This document shows, in pieces, positions 50,611 through 61,222 of a DNA stretch of 64,000 nt (positions are counted from its first letter, which is position 1; every line of letters begins with the position of its first letter). This DNA is from Rhodosorus marinus CCMP1338. Its lineage: Eukaryota; Plantae; Rhodophyta. The stretch lies in contig JAMWBK010000002.1 in NCBI GenBank assembly GCA_029953675.1, forward strand, positions 3,416,315-3,480,314, written 5' to 3'. Made by a program: the position numbers and the translations under genes. The notes under the pieces are model-generated. The model had not been told where the DNA came from and made no database searches. It saw nothing but the letters and a program-made list of their open reading frames with translations.

Positions 50611-52170
50611 ATGGCCTCAGGAACTTCGAAATCTGGGCAATACGAACCTGTAGATGCTGGAGGCGCCTCGGTTGAGCCATCCGAGGTCGTAGCTGAGCAG
50701 AGCACCTTTTCTGAAGGCAGGAAACCTATTCGGCAAAGGGTCTTGGACTGGATTTATCCTCCGGAGGCCCCGCAAGCAACTCAGCTGTGGAGAGTGGAGA
50801 ATATTGCGATTCCGCTTGGGTACTGCATGGTAGGATTACTTCAAGGGCTGGGAAGTGGAGTCATGGCAGTGTACCCAATAGAGATTGGAGCTACGGAAGC
50901 CCAGCAGACTTCTATCAAGCTGATCCAGTCCCTACCAGCTTCCTTGAAAATCCTTTTCGGGTTTCTGAGCGATACGGTTCCGCTCTTCGGGTTTCGAAGA
51001 AAGGGGTACATGCTGACGGGTTGGATGTTGTCCTCGGCAAGCATGTTTACTCTCCTCGCCCTAGGCGTACCCTCCATACCCCTGCTTGCGTTGTTATACT
51101 TCTGGTATGGACTTGGATTTTGGTTGGCGGACGTTATTGCCGATTCTCTTGTTGCTGAAAAGGCGAAGCTCGAGCCGGAAGGACAGAAGGGAAAGCTCCA
51201 ATCTACTTGCTATGCGTGCAGGTTTTTCATGTTAATGGTGGGCGCGGCATTCGCAACCTATGCGTACGACGCTCTCTCCCCGAGGTTCATGTTCTGGGTA
51301 ATGGGGCTTGCTCCGGTCGCCATCTGCGTGCCCGCAACGTACTTGCTAGCGGAAAGACGCTATGCTGATGTTCCATCTGTCAAAGCTCAGAGTCTAGAAA
51401 TCTGGTCTTCTGTGACATCTCGATCGGTCTGGCAGCCGATGGCATTTATATACGTGTACAATTTGCTCCAGATTGGCAATGCGGCTTGGACTCAATTCCT
51501 CTATACGAGGTTGAAGTTTTCCGCGACCATGATTAATTCCCTCATGGTTGTTGCAAAAGTCATGCTTTACTTCGGAATTATGATCTACAAGTACGGCATG
51601 ATGGCCTGGAGTTGGAGACTAGTTTACATATTCACAACTCTCTTGAACGCAGTATTTTCCACCCTCCAAGTAGTCCTGGTTTTTGGGTGGAACCAGAAGG
51701 TTGGTGTTTCAAACTTCCTTTTTGCACTTGGTGATGACGCGATCGCGGATTTCATTGCGGGTATTCAATTTTTGCCGTCGAGCATTATGTTCGTGAACCT
51801 TTGCCCTGTTGGTTCGGAGGGAGCGTCTTACGCTATGTTTACAACGGCGAGCAACACCGCGCTGGGTGTGGGCAGTTCCCTGTCAACGTTGCTGCTTGGC
51901 ATCTGGGACGTCAGCAAGCAAGCCCTAGAATCCGGGCAGGTTTACGGAATGGCCAAGTTGACAGTATTGACAACTCTTCTTCAGACCAGTGGGTTGTTGT
52001 TTGTGTTCCTCCTTCCAAGAAACAGGGATGAACTGCTCGCTCTCTCCCATCGCGGTCGTTCGAGGGTAGCTGGGGCAATTTTTTTGGCTGCAGTTGGGCT
52101 GGGAATACTGTTTTCCATCGTTGACACTCTGTTGAACGTGCTCGTGCCCGGCTGGTCAGGAGAAAGTTAA
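50611..52170 (+). CDS. Folate-biopterin transporter (BT1/FBT, MFS)
   Basis: KILFGFLSDTVPLFGFRRKGY, ADVIADSLVAE and CPVGSEGASYAMFTTASN motifs; about 12 TM helices. Confidence 0.9.
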   Translation: MASGTSKSGQYEPVDAGGASVEPSEVVAEQSTFSEGRKPIRQRVLDWIYPPEAPQATQLWRVENIAIPLGYCMVGLLQGLGSGVMAVYPIEIGATEAQQTSIKLIQSLPASLKILFGFLSDTVPLFGFRRKGYMLTGWMLSSASMFTLLALGVPSIPLLALLYFWYGLGFWLADVIADSLVAEKAKLEPEGQKGKLQSTCYACRFFMLMVGAAFATYAYDALSPRFMFWVMGLAPVAICVPATYLLAERRYADVPSVKAQSLEIWSSVTSRSVWQPMAFIYVYNLLQIGNAAWTQFLYTRLKFSATMINSLMVVAKVMLYFGIMIYKYGMMAWSWRLVYIFTTLLNAVFSTLQVVLVFGWNQKVGVSNFLFALGDDAIADFIAGIQFLPSSIMFVNLCPVGSEGASYAMFTTASNTALGVGSSLSTLLLGIWDVSKQALESGQVYGMAKLTVLTTLLQTSGLLFVFLLPRNRDELLALSHRGRSRVAGAIFLAAVGLGILFSIVDTLLNVLVPGWSGES

Positions 52171-53045
52171 TGTAAGTGACAAACGAAAATGTCAGAATTG
52201 AAAATGATGGAAAACGGTGGTGTAGCAATGAACGGGGTCCTGATCACAGGGCACAACAGCAAACAGGATTGCGCTCACTAGGCCACGAGAGAGCGAAACC
52301 TAGTTCGCCACTTCGACTTGGGAGCATCTCAGACTCTCCCCCTGAACCCGGGTAGACCCGTTCGCTAGTGTTGCTGTACGCCTCAGTGACGACCAAGTCG
52401 GACCTAGCCTTTCGCGTCGTGCGTGTCGTTGAACTAGAGGTTCTTGCCGTTGTCCGTCCATTGCTCATTGGAAATTGCGAAGATGTGACTGCGCGATTAG
52501 GATTCTGGTCGCGTCATTGCGCCATGCGTACAGTAAACATAGTAGCCACGTCAAGGTGGTCTTACAGTGAACGTGCGTGTTTTCTTTTTCTATTCTGCGC
52601 TGCATATGCTATAAGATGGTAGTTTTCGCGCTCTCTGAGTTTTGTTGCTCTACAGTCGAAGAGTGCCCAGGGTCGATAAACTATTTCAGGATTTACACAT
52701 CGGTTTCTGCCGATGCTTTTTACAAGTCCGCTAACTCTTGACTCATTCTCGTAAGTCTGGAGTTACACGAAGTAGTACACTCATCGTCCCCAAGCTGCCA
52801 GACCACTATGAGAGCAGCTCTTGGTTTTGTGCTCCACCTCCCGTTTATTGATCCACGCTGCCGCTGCATCCGAACCAAAGCAATCCTTCGGCCCCCGAAA
52901 AGGAAAGAAATTAAAAAAGCCGAAAGTCCGAGCTCAAAATCGACCACTTTCGCTCTGGCGGCCGTGCGAGGACATCGTGGTTGAGCAACGCAACGGAGAG
53001 AGTAGCTATGATCGCTGTGACGGTGTCTGAGACCTAGTAACAGCG

Positions 53046-54323
53046 ATGGCGCAGGTTGTATTCACCGTAAGTAAGAACTCGATTGCAGATTTGCTCTGAT
53101 CGTAGCGAAAGTTGGCAGATACCAGCCACGCGTTGCCAGCGAAGCACTTTGCAGAGATTTGGCGGCCTGTGGGAATGGAATCCGAACTGAGCAGTCGAGG
53201 TCTTCGGGAGATCAATATGGGCTTCATTAAATCGTGGATAATGTCTAGTAGCCCTCCTGGAGCTCGTCGATTCATCAACGTGACCGGGTTCCCGTTTCCG
53301 CTGGGCCCTGCCCTGGAGAGAAAAACGATTCGAAAGGAACTGATCCCAGGATCAATATGGACTTTCGAACAGGAGCAAGGCCTGGCAGGCACAACCGTGT
53401 CAACCAATGTACGAATGACCGCTGTGAAAACATCAAGGAGGTCCCTGTGGATCCATGCTCCGATTGCACCCACTGAAGAGTGCGTTCAACTATTGCGCGA
53501 GCTTGAACTGCCAGTAGAGGCCATCGTGAATCCCACGTATGCCTATGAACATCGCGTTTTCGTGCCCTCGTTTTCGAGGCGGTTTCCTTCGGCAAAAGTT
53601 TATTCTGTGAGGGGATGGAGTTTTCCGCTTCCTCTTCCCGATTCGCTGCTCGGTATAGACGTGGAAGCTTACTTGGACGAAACGGAAAGACTTCCGTGGC
53701 TGGATGATTTCGATTGTGAGCTACTCCCGGTCTGCTTCGTCGGATTAGCACCTTATACCGAGGCTGCATTCTTTCACCGGCGGACAAAGACTCTGATTAC
53801 GACTGATCTCTTCATCAAAGTTAGTGAAACGCCACCGGAGGTCATTCCTGAAGCGAAGCTCGAAGCTCTGGGGAGCCCAGATTCGGTACTTGCGTCTCTC
53901 GTGCGGGGTTCAGCAACGAGCTCACCGAAAAACATTCCTTCGAATGTTTTAGGGTGGATGCGGATGACTACGCTGGCTCTGTTTCTAGGACCTTCTTCGC
54001 TGTTGGACCCCAGATCGGCCTTCGGAAGCATCAGCGGACGGCTCACAGTGAGCCCCGTTCTCCGTGTGCTGGTTTTCGGAAAGATACGGTCATCAGTGCA
54101 AGAGTGGACTGAGAAGATCATGAACTGGCCATTCGACAAAATCATACCTGCTCATTTCGATGCCCCAGTTCGCGCCGGACCGGACGACATGAGGAATGCG
54201 TTGACATGCGTGTTACAGGGGCGAGCAGATGGCGTGGTTGAAGCTGATTTAAAAAACCTGAGGGGAATAAATCACGTTCTTCGGTCACTTGGCATTGTAA
54301 ACGAGGAAGAAGAGTACGTGTAA
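53046..54323 (+). CDS. DUF4336 family protein (cyanobacterial/plastid type)
   Basis: WTFEQEQG...NVRMTAVK...LWIHAPIAPT...YEHRVF and IIPAHF motifs. Likely ATG at 53046 with an in-frame intron at 53067-53105. Confidence 0.75.
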
Positions 54324-54628
54324 ATATGCCGTTGTTAAGGTGTTCTGGCTTTCTTCCACAGATTTTGACTCTGCTTCATTGCTAGAGATGGAGTCGGACG
54401 GTGAAATATAAAAACAGCAGAAATCAAGAGACTCAAAGAATGCGAGCACCTGAGTACCAGGCGGGCCTGGGCGATAAGTACATTTCATAGCCTCCGCAGT
54501 GTTTCAAGTTCATGGTATGTTCAGCTGCGTTAGGCACGGATACTGAGCACCGCAAGTGAATCGGATTGCTGATAAAGGAACTTTAGGACTTTAAACACTA
54601 CTCGAAGCCGTACTTGCAGGTCGCCTGT

Positions 54629-56049
54629 TTACTTCTTTTCCCTGTCATGTTTTTCACCGCTTCCGTCTTTTTCTTCTGTCTGCCCTTGCTGATCCGCCTT
54701 TGATATTTCGATGGCAAGTTTCATCTCCTCGTCCATCTCTTCGTCTATGACCGCCGATGTCTCTGTAGCACCCTTTCCAGAATCGGTGTCAATTGGCATA
54801 GCCTGGTCACCTATTTCATAGAGATCTTGGTCCCCATCTTGGGCTTCAACAGCCGGACCTCCAGCTTGTGGATCGTCGCGCTCCATCGCGGTTGGACCAG
54901 TCTGCAAGAAAAACCACGTGGTTAATCGCAAGAACCTAAGGAATTGCAGAATTTAAACCACGCTACTCGGGGAAAAGCTCACCGCGTCACCATCGCTTGG
55001 TTCTCCAGCCTGTTGCGCTGCCCTTTGCGCTTGTCGTTCTGTCTCTTCAGCCATTGAAAGCGTAAGTGCCATGGCCAGCTCTGGGTCCGCGGATGGATCC
55101 ACTCCGAAGGGAAACTCATTCGTTGAGCCATCTCCGACCCCAGCACCGTCCATATCGCCTACTGCTCCTTCCTCTAGCATTATCGCACTTCTGAGAAGCA
55201 CATCGCTTAGCAGTTGCCGTGCCGGGGGGACCGTCACGAGGTGACTGTTATTGTCCTTGTTCACAGCTTGAAGTAGAGTCTCCAAAGGAGGTCCGTTGTG
55301 GTCCTCTTCCCCAAAGTTGATAAGATCCAAAGCTACTCCGTTTCTTCTGAGGTCCGTTCCAACTTTCTGAAGTATTCCTTGCTCAATTGCAATCGGGCTT
55401 CCAAAAAATACCACGATCCTCTGCCTCTGCTGCTGATTCTGACGATGTTTAAGGGCGAGTTGAGCTTTTCTGATACTTGCCACATAATCACAGTGCCCAT
55501 CCACGTTCACCTAAGTTCGACAAAAAACAGCATCACTCAGATCATCATTCCGTGCCCCGAGCACCAGCATAGTACGAGCACAGAAGCCCAGAGAAAGCAA
55601 TCCAATGCGATCAGCTGCTCAAAGAGCAGCGAAAATTACGGGGGTCGGGAGCGTCCATGAGTGACATTCGACTCGCACCTGGTGCAAACTAGTTATGATC
55701 TGGCGGTCATCGTTTGTTTGAGTAACCAGCATCCGAGCGCTCTTTCCGGCCATCGTCAGGAGGCCGACCGTATTCTCCCTGTTTTGGCTGACCTTCGCAC
55801 TACATATTAGATTTGCCGCGTCGGCCTGTGCAGCCTACCGAATAGAAGAACGAATGGCGTCGTGCGTTAGGACCAAACCTCCGCAATCCAGGTTCTAGTA
55901 CACCCTCCGCGTGAAAGCATTCGCCTCCCGAGGCACTACAGTGTGTTGTGAGTAGAGCTCCAGTCACCTACCAATCGAGAAGGTGGATAGTCTCCGTTCC
56001 GCATCCATTCCGAATTGTCAATGCATACAATGGTTGCCTCGAGAACCAT
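54629..56049 (-). CDS. PSMD4: 26S proteasome ubiquitin receptor RPN10, multi-exon
   Basis: ATG at 56049 gives [21 protein letters not shown]; then [33 protein letters not shown], and UIMs [12 protein letters not shown] and [11 protein letters not shown]. Confidence 0.95.
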
Positions 56050-56223
56050 TCTGCACAATACACTTTGAAAAAAAAAAGCACGCAGTCGGCTCCTCTAGCT
56101 CGCTCTACTCGCAAAGTGAAAGTACCAATGCCTACCACCCCGTCCGCGTGCAAATTGAGAGCCCAATCCGTATTGAAAGAATGAGAAACCACCCCGATCA
56201 CGTTCGGTGCTGTCGCTCCTCGA

Positions 56224-56243
56224 AACCCCAGACTAACGTAACC
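56224..56243 (+). ncRNA. Candidate telomerase RNA template (or inverted interstitial telomeric 20-mer)
   Basis: AACCCCAGACTAACGTAACC is the perfect complement of one 16-nt terminal repeat plus 4 nt, with AACC at both ends. It is isolated, in a non-coding region, and opposite in orientation to the terminal array. Confidence 0.4.
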
Positions 56244-57402
56244 AGAGGAATTTGGACTCCAACACGACATGTTTTGAACTATCCATATTTGGGGACAAGC
56301 TGTCATTGCGAGGATTTGGTTCTGGGATGAATCGTGCGATATAATGTTGAAGATGGAATGCAAAGGACTGATTTCCTAATGGAACACTGCGAACTGATCC
56401 AGAACGCGTTTTGAAGGCCAGCCTGGCTGGAATGTTTCTTGTTTGCGCTCCACCTGCTGCTTCGTGGCTTCAGTTCATATTTTACCTTGGAACAGATGCG
56501 TTGACGGTCAAGTGCTATGCGTCATTCACCGACATGCTAGTGGGGGGGTTAAGGACGGTTTGTTACTAAAATTCTTGGCTGAGTCTATGCCGCAGTGCAT
56601 AAGCGGAGATCCAGCACCATATCGCAAGTCTAAGACTTTTTGCTGGGACTGCTAGTGGTTTCTTTCCTGTTCGTGAGTCCAGAGTTGTCCTGTTGCTGGG
56701 CTTATAAACACTGGAAAAGGGATAGCTGCTTCTTTCTACCTCGTGCTGGAGACGGAATTCGGCCGGAAAACAAGAATTGGTTTTGAAGCGTTCACGGTTA
56801 CGTTGTCGTCTGGCGTCTTGCTAGAAAATCATTGCAGAAGTCTTGAAAAGATGAGAAGCATTCTATAGCTTCGACAATGGGGGAATTAATGGGGCTTACC
56901 GCAAGATCGTGGTAACTGTCAACTCCTCTTGACATGTAAATACTGTCAGTGAATATTATTGGTGAGGTTCAATTATCGTCCACAAGGCGCCATCTTCGAT
57001 GCGACGTCCTGAATCTGGTCCGCGGGTGGCTGTGCACCGTTAGCCCAAAGCCCAGGCTTAGAGCAGCATTGGACCCCTAGTTGTACTCAGTGTTTTCAAG
57101 CGAAACGGAGTAGAGTACCCTACCGCCCCTGGCGAGCGGCTCTCCCAGCAAAAGGATCGTCCGAGTAAAAAAATTGAGACCCATCGCCGAAAACAAGTCC
57201 AGATCAACTTGCAACCTGGACCGCTACTTTCCGCACACCACGTCAGTGTACATTGTGGAACTAAAGATCAAAAGCAAGGGGGGTGGGACTCCAGTATTGT
57301 GGGATACCCTCTTGAGAATTTAACACTTTTTTATACTTCTTAGCTGTGTTCAATGGATTTGCTTAAGCGGAGACTGAAAGAAAAAACCCCCATAACGTAA
57401 CC

Positions 57403-60400
57403 GTGAACGCTTTACTAGAGGACTCCCTAGTGGAGCCCGCAAGGAAGGAAGAAGCAATCTATCTATGCGTTAAAAAACCCCCAAGCATGTAACCCCAAGC
57501 AATCTATCTATGCGTTAAAAAACCCCCTAGTGGGTTGTGTGGCTACGTTCTACGACAGGGACGATCTCATAGTTCCCTTCATCTATGCGCCGTGCCTGGG
57601 TGGCAAGTAGTGCATTGCCTTTCCATAGGGCTCGATTCAGCGTCGCCCGTGCTTCGCTCACTTGTGTCGATGGCTGATGCACGTGAAGAGTCACCTCTCT
57701 TAAAAATTGATCAGCTTGCGTACCCATCCTCCCGAATGTCTCCACACTGAAGGGAACGAATATGTCGTCATTGTGAGCTCCGATCACATCACGGTATTTC
57801 GACTCTTTGAACTTCTCTGCCTTGTGCGCAGCGTACCCTGTCTCCCAGGACGCTTTGTGTACGTATGTCTTTTGCAACGGCGAGGTCACTTTTACGTCGA
57901 TCACGTACAGTTTCCCTGTCCGAGGATGCCGAGCCGGAATGTCAGGGCGGAGGTGGATGCTTGGGTAGTGTCCGCTCGGTTCCATGGTCACCTCGAGTCT
58001 CCATTGTCGCAGTTGCGTCGCTAGAGCGTCTCGAACCATGTTGTGTCTCAGCGTCCAGCTCCCTGTAGAGTTCTACAGGGAGCTGGACGCACCAGTTGGT
58101 GCAGTGGTACAGCCGTTGGGTACCTGCAGAGTCGTGGGGTTGTGAACATATAGTACATGTACTAAGTGTTCGTACTCCTGGCATCGGCAATCCAAGCAGT
58201 TGTCTCAGGCTCAGGTTCACTTCGTCCGTGCTCAGTCCGCGTGGGTGTCGCGAGGGAAAGTCTCGCAGCCATGTACCGCCTCCAGATCCCGTGCATGAAC
58301 GCAGGCGCGCACGTACTGTCTCACTAATCTCCGCGTTCTCCACCAATTCCTCGAACGCCCGTCCGTGACTCCACGTCGAGAGGAGTTTTTGTTTGGAACC
58401 GATCAGGGGCTTTTCGGCGCGGGGTGGTGGGGTCCCTTCTGCTGTCTGGATGTCCAGCTATTTCCAGTCTGTTATACAGACGATCAGTGCTGGTGAACCT
58501 CGTGTAAGGCTGCGCTTGGATTGCAGACTCGCTTCGATGAGCTGCTCACATAGTTGCTGGGTAGAATGCAGTAGTGGTCTAGGGCCTCGGTATTCGTCTG
58601 TGTTCGTTGTCGTACACGAGAGGCGTAGCTCGTCTAGGTAGCTCGTCCAGTTGTGCTCCAGAGTTTGTCGCCAACTGCTGAAAAAGGCATGCGGTTGAAT
58701 CCTCGAGCACATTGCTAGGCCTGCTCCACCCCATCGGCAGGGGAGTTGAATCTGCGCTTGGACCTCGTCTTTTTCCGCCTACGAGAGTCCTTGGCCTTGC
58801 AGTAGCGACCCGCAAAGCTTGTCGAGCTCTATCAGTGAGATGCGGTCAGCTTCGAGTGCTAGAGTGGCACCGTATGGCAGGGCCAGAGTGCGGAGAAAGT
58901 AATCCAGGCGCGGTCCTGCGCAATAACGGAACAGGCACAGTTTAGTCTGCAGTTCAGGTGTCGGTAGGCGTATGATTTCATGCACTAGCTTCTCGTGCTC
59001 TCTTTGTAGCCTCCGGATGTCAGTTTGCCCGTAGTTCCTGGTGCCGATTGGGATGGAGAAGAGGTGGATTCCGTCTCGTGTCACGGTCACGTCGGGGATT
59101 TCTCGGTTGACGAGTCGAGTTGTCTGCAGGTGGCGACCGAAGAGCTGGCATTTTGTCCGCTGTAGTTTGGCTCCAATCACGGGCAGATGTGGCTCACTCC
59201 ATTGTAGCGCTTCGTGGACCTCAGGTAGAGAGCCTAGAAGGGTGATGTCGTCGTGTATCGCTGTGATCGTGAGCGTCGGGTGCCGATCGCGCAGTGCTCG
59301 CAGAAGCGGGGACAGGGCCAGCGCGTGCAAGGCGGGTCCCAGGGGGTCGCCGTGCTGGACACCAGTGCATGCCCGAAGCTGCAGCCAGTCCTCGGCATTC
59401 TTCTCATACCAGCCGAATTGGTGGGGTGCGCTTTCCCCATTGAGTCCGTAGCCGAGGGTCATCAGCGGTCGCAGTTCAGGAAAAGCGTGTGCGATGATCC
59501 GGTTCGCGATGCGTCTGTCGATCAGGTTGAACGCATTCTCGAGGTCGAGTTTGAGGACTACATCGTCCGGTTTGGCGGCAAGGTGAGCTTCCGCGAGGTG
59601 CAGGGCGTGTTCGCATCCTCTGCTAACCGAGATGCCGAGTTGCTCGGGGAGGAGAAAGTCACGAAGGGGCTTAACGACTGCGCGAAGGGTCCACTGGGTC
59701 ACAGCTTTCCTCAACACCTCAGGTATCCCGAGCGGGCGAAGTCGCAGAGGCTCGCCTTGTGAGGTCGCGGAAGGTGTCCTCTTGTCTTTCGCGAGGAGGC
59801 GGTTGCTGCGCATGGCTTGAAGAAAAATTTCCGGAAAGCAATTTCCGGAAAGCTCTCCGGATTCGTAGCCAGTTTTCGGAGAAAACGGAGAAGCACGGGT
59901 TGGGTCCTCATCGTCAGACAGCGCCTGTGCTCGGCTTTAAGACCACTCGGCCCGGGGCCAGTGGCGTACGGTAGTTTTTCGAGCGTTGACCGTAGGCTCT
60001 CATCAGAGGCCAAAGTAGGATTCCAAACTTCTCGATCTGTGCTAGACAGTTTCGCCTGTAGGGCGTCCTCGAGCTCAGAAGAGAGACTTGCGGCCTCATA
60101 CTCTGGGAAAAGCGTGGTCAGAGTTCGCCAGGTGGCGAGGGTTTTGGGCGCGAGATCAGTCGACAGCAGGAGTTGACTAGACTGCGAGAGGCGCTGAGAT
60201 TTGGCAAGTTGAAGAGCTCGTTTGTGTCGATGACGCGCAGGGGTCGGCGGAGCTGTCGTAGTGTCGTCGTCGCGGGCTCCGCTATGGTGGGTAAGGTGCT
60301 CCCATACTATGGCAAATCTTCCGTTAAGGATTTCGATCATCTGCGCAGAAGGGGCAAGTTCTTCCCTATGACCCAGTGCAAGACTTGGGAGAGCGAAGAT

Positions 60401-60452
60401 AAACAGGCGTGACAAGTTTGGGGTGGGAGGTTGAGGTGACACGAGCCGGGAC
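57403..60452 (-). mobile_element. CRE-clade-like non-LTR retrotransposon (RT + CCHC + RLE), 5'-truncated and frameshifted
   Basis: RT motifs LRPLGIPE, KLDLENAFN, GVQHGDPLGP and AIHDD; AWL/LGLP/CxxC region; RLE motifs RHNMVRD, EP, RPD, IDVKV and FVPFSVETFG. At least 3 frameshifts. The 3' UTR ends TAAAGCGTTCAC next to GGTTACGTTA. Confidence 0.88.
57452..57527. repeat. 31-bp direct repeat (45-bp period) in the retroelement 3' UTR, with telomere-like G-runs
   Basis: aagcaatctatctatgcgttaaaaaaccccc at 57452 and 57497. The spacer contains gtaacccca (GGGGTTAC on the minus strand). Confidence 0.9.
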
Positions 60453-60512
60453 TAATTTTGGACGGCTTTGTTTGTGGAAAACGACGGTAAAAGCTGATAA
60501 GCAGTTACACGT

Positions 60513-61158
60513 ATGATTGTGAAGGAGGTACTCGGGCCGTACCCCGAGCCTCTTGTGATCCCGGGCCCACACACCTCGGGTACCCGCGAAATGGAGAGGG
60601 AGAAAGAACTGCCGCAACAGCACCAGTATAGGGGAGCAGAACAGGAGGCAGAGAGGAATGCAGAACACCGTGCAGTGGAGCAGGCTACAGCAGACCCAGC
60701 TGTCGCCTTTCTCCAGCTGCAGAGCTACGACCAGTGCTACCAAGCGCTGGGAATCGGCCAGTCTGACATCGTCGACTTCTACCAGGCCGCCTTCAACCTT
60801 TATTCGCGGATCAATTGTACGCAAGAACTGCAAGGAGAGACAGCACGACTGAACGAGTTAGCCAAAAAACCGCATATGTGGCAAGACAGACGAGCCACCA
60901 CGAACCCGCCTCAACCCCCGCAGCAGCACCCGCGGACGACGGCAGTCAATCAACATGCCCCAGAACCGATCAACAATCAACTTCCGGAGGGGACAGGTGT
61001 CCCAGCCTCACTGGACTATGCCACGGCATTCCCTGTTGTCGGGACCAGCAGCACACGGCCAACATACGCTCAGAGGACTGTCCAAAATACTCCAGCTCGA
61101 GAATCAGAGGCTCAACTCCGCGCAGCCGGGCGCCCGGGCCCACAGAGCCAGCAGGCAG
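60513..61158 (+). pseudogene. Truncated ORF1 copy A of the telomeric retroelement
   Basis: Strongly similar to ORF 61279 (MIVKEVLGPYPEPLVI vs MIVREVRGPYPEPLVI). It stops abruptly at telomeric repeats at 61159. Confidence 0.8.
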
Positions 61159-61222
61159 GTTAGTCTGGGGTTTAAAAGCTTACGGTTACGTTAGTCTGGG
61201 GGGGTTAGTCTAGAGTCTGGGG
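61159..61222 (+). repeat. Interstitial telomeric island (degenerate)
   Basis: gttagtctggggtt-taaaagcttac-ggttacgttagtctgggggggttagtc-tagagtctgggg. Confidence 0.92.

Noticed and set aside
60452-61172. Simple twin-priming 5' inversion of one insertion
   Set aside because: The outer flank at 61159 is G-rich on + while the 3' flank at 57402 is G-rich on -, so they cannot be the two halves of one target site. About 1 kb of element is also missing.
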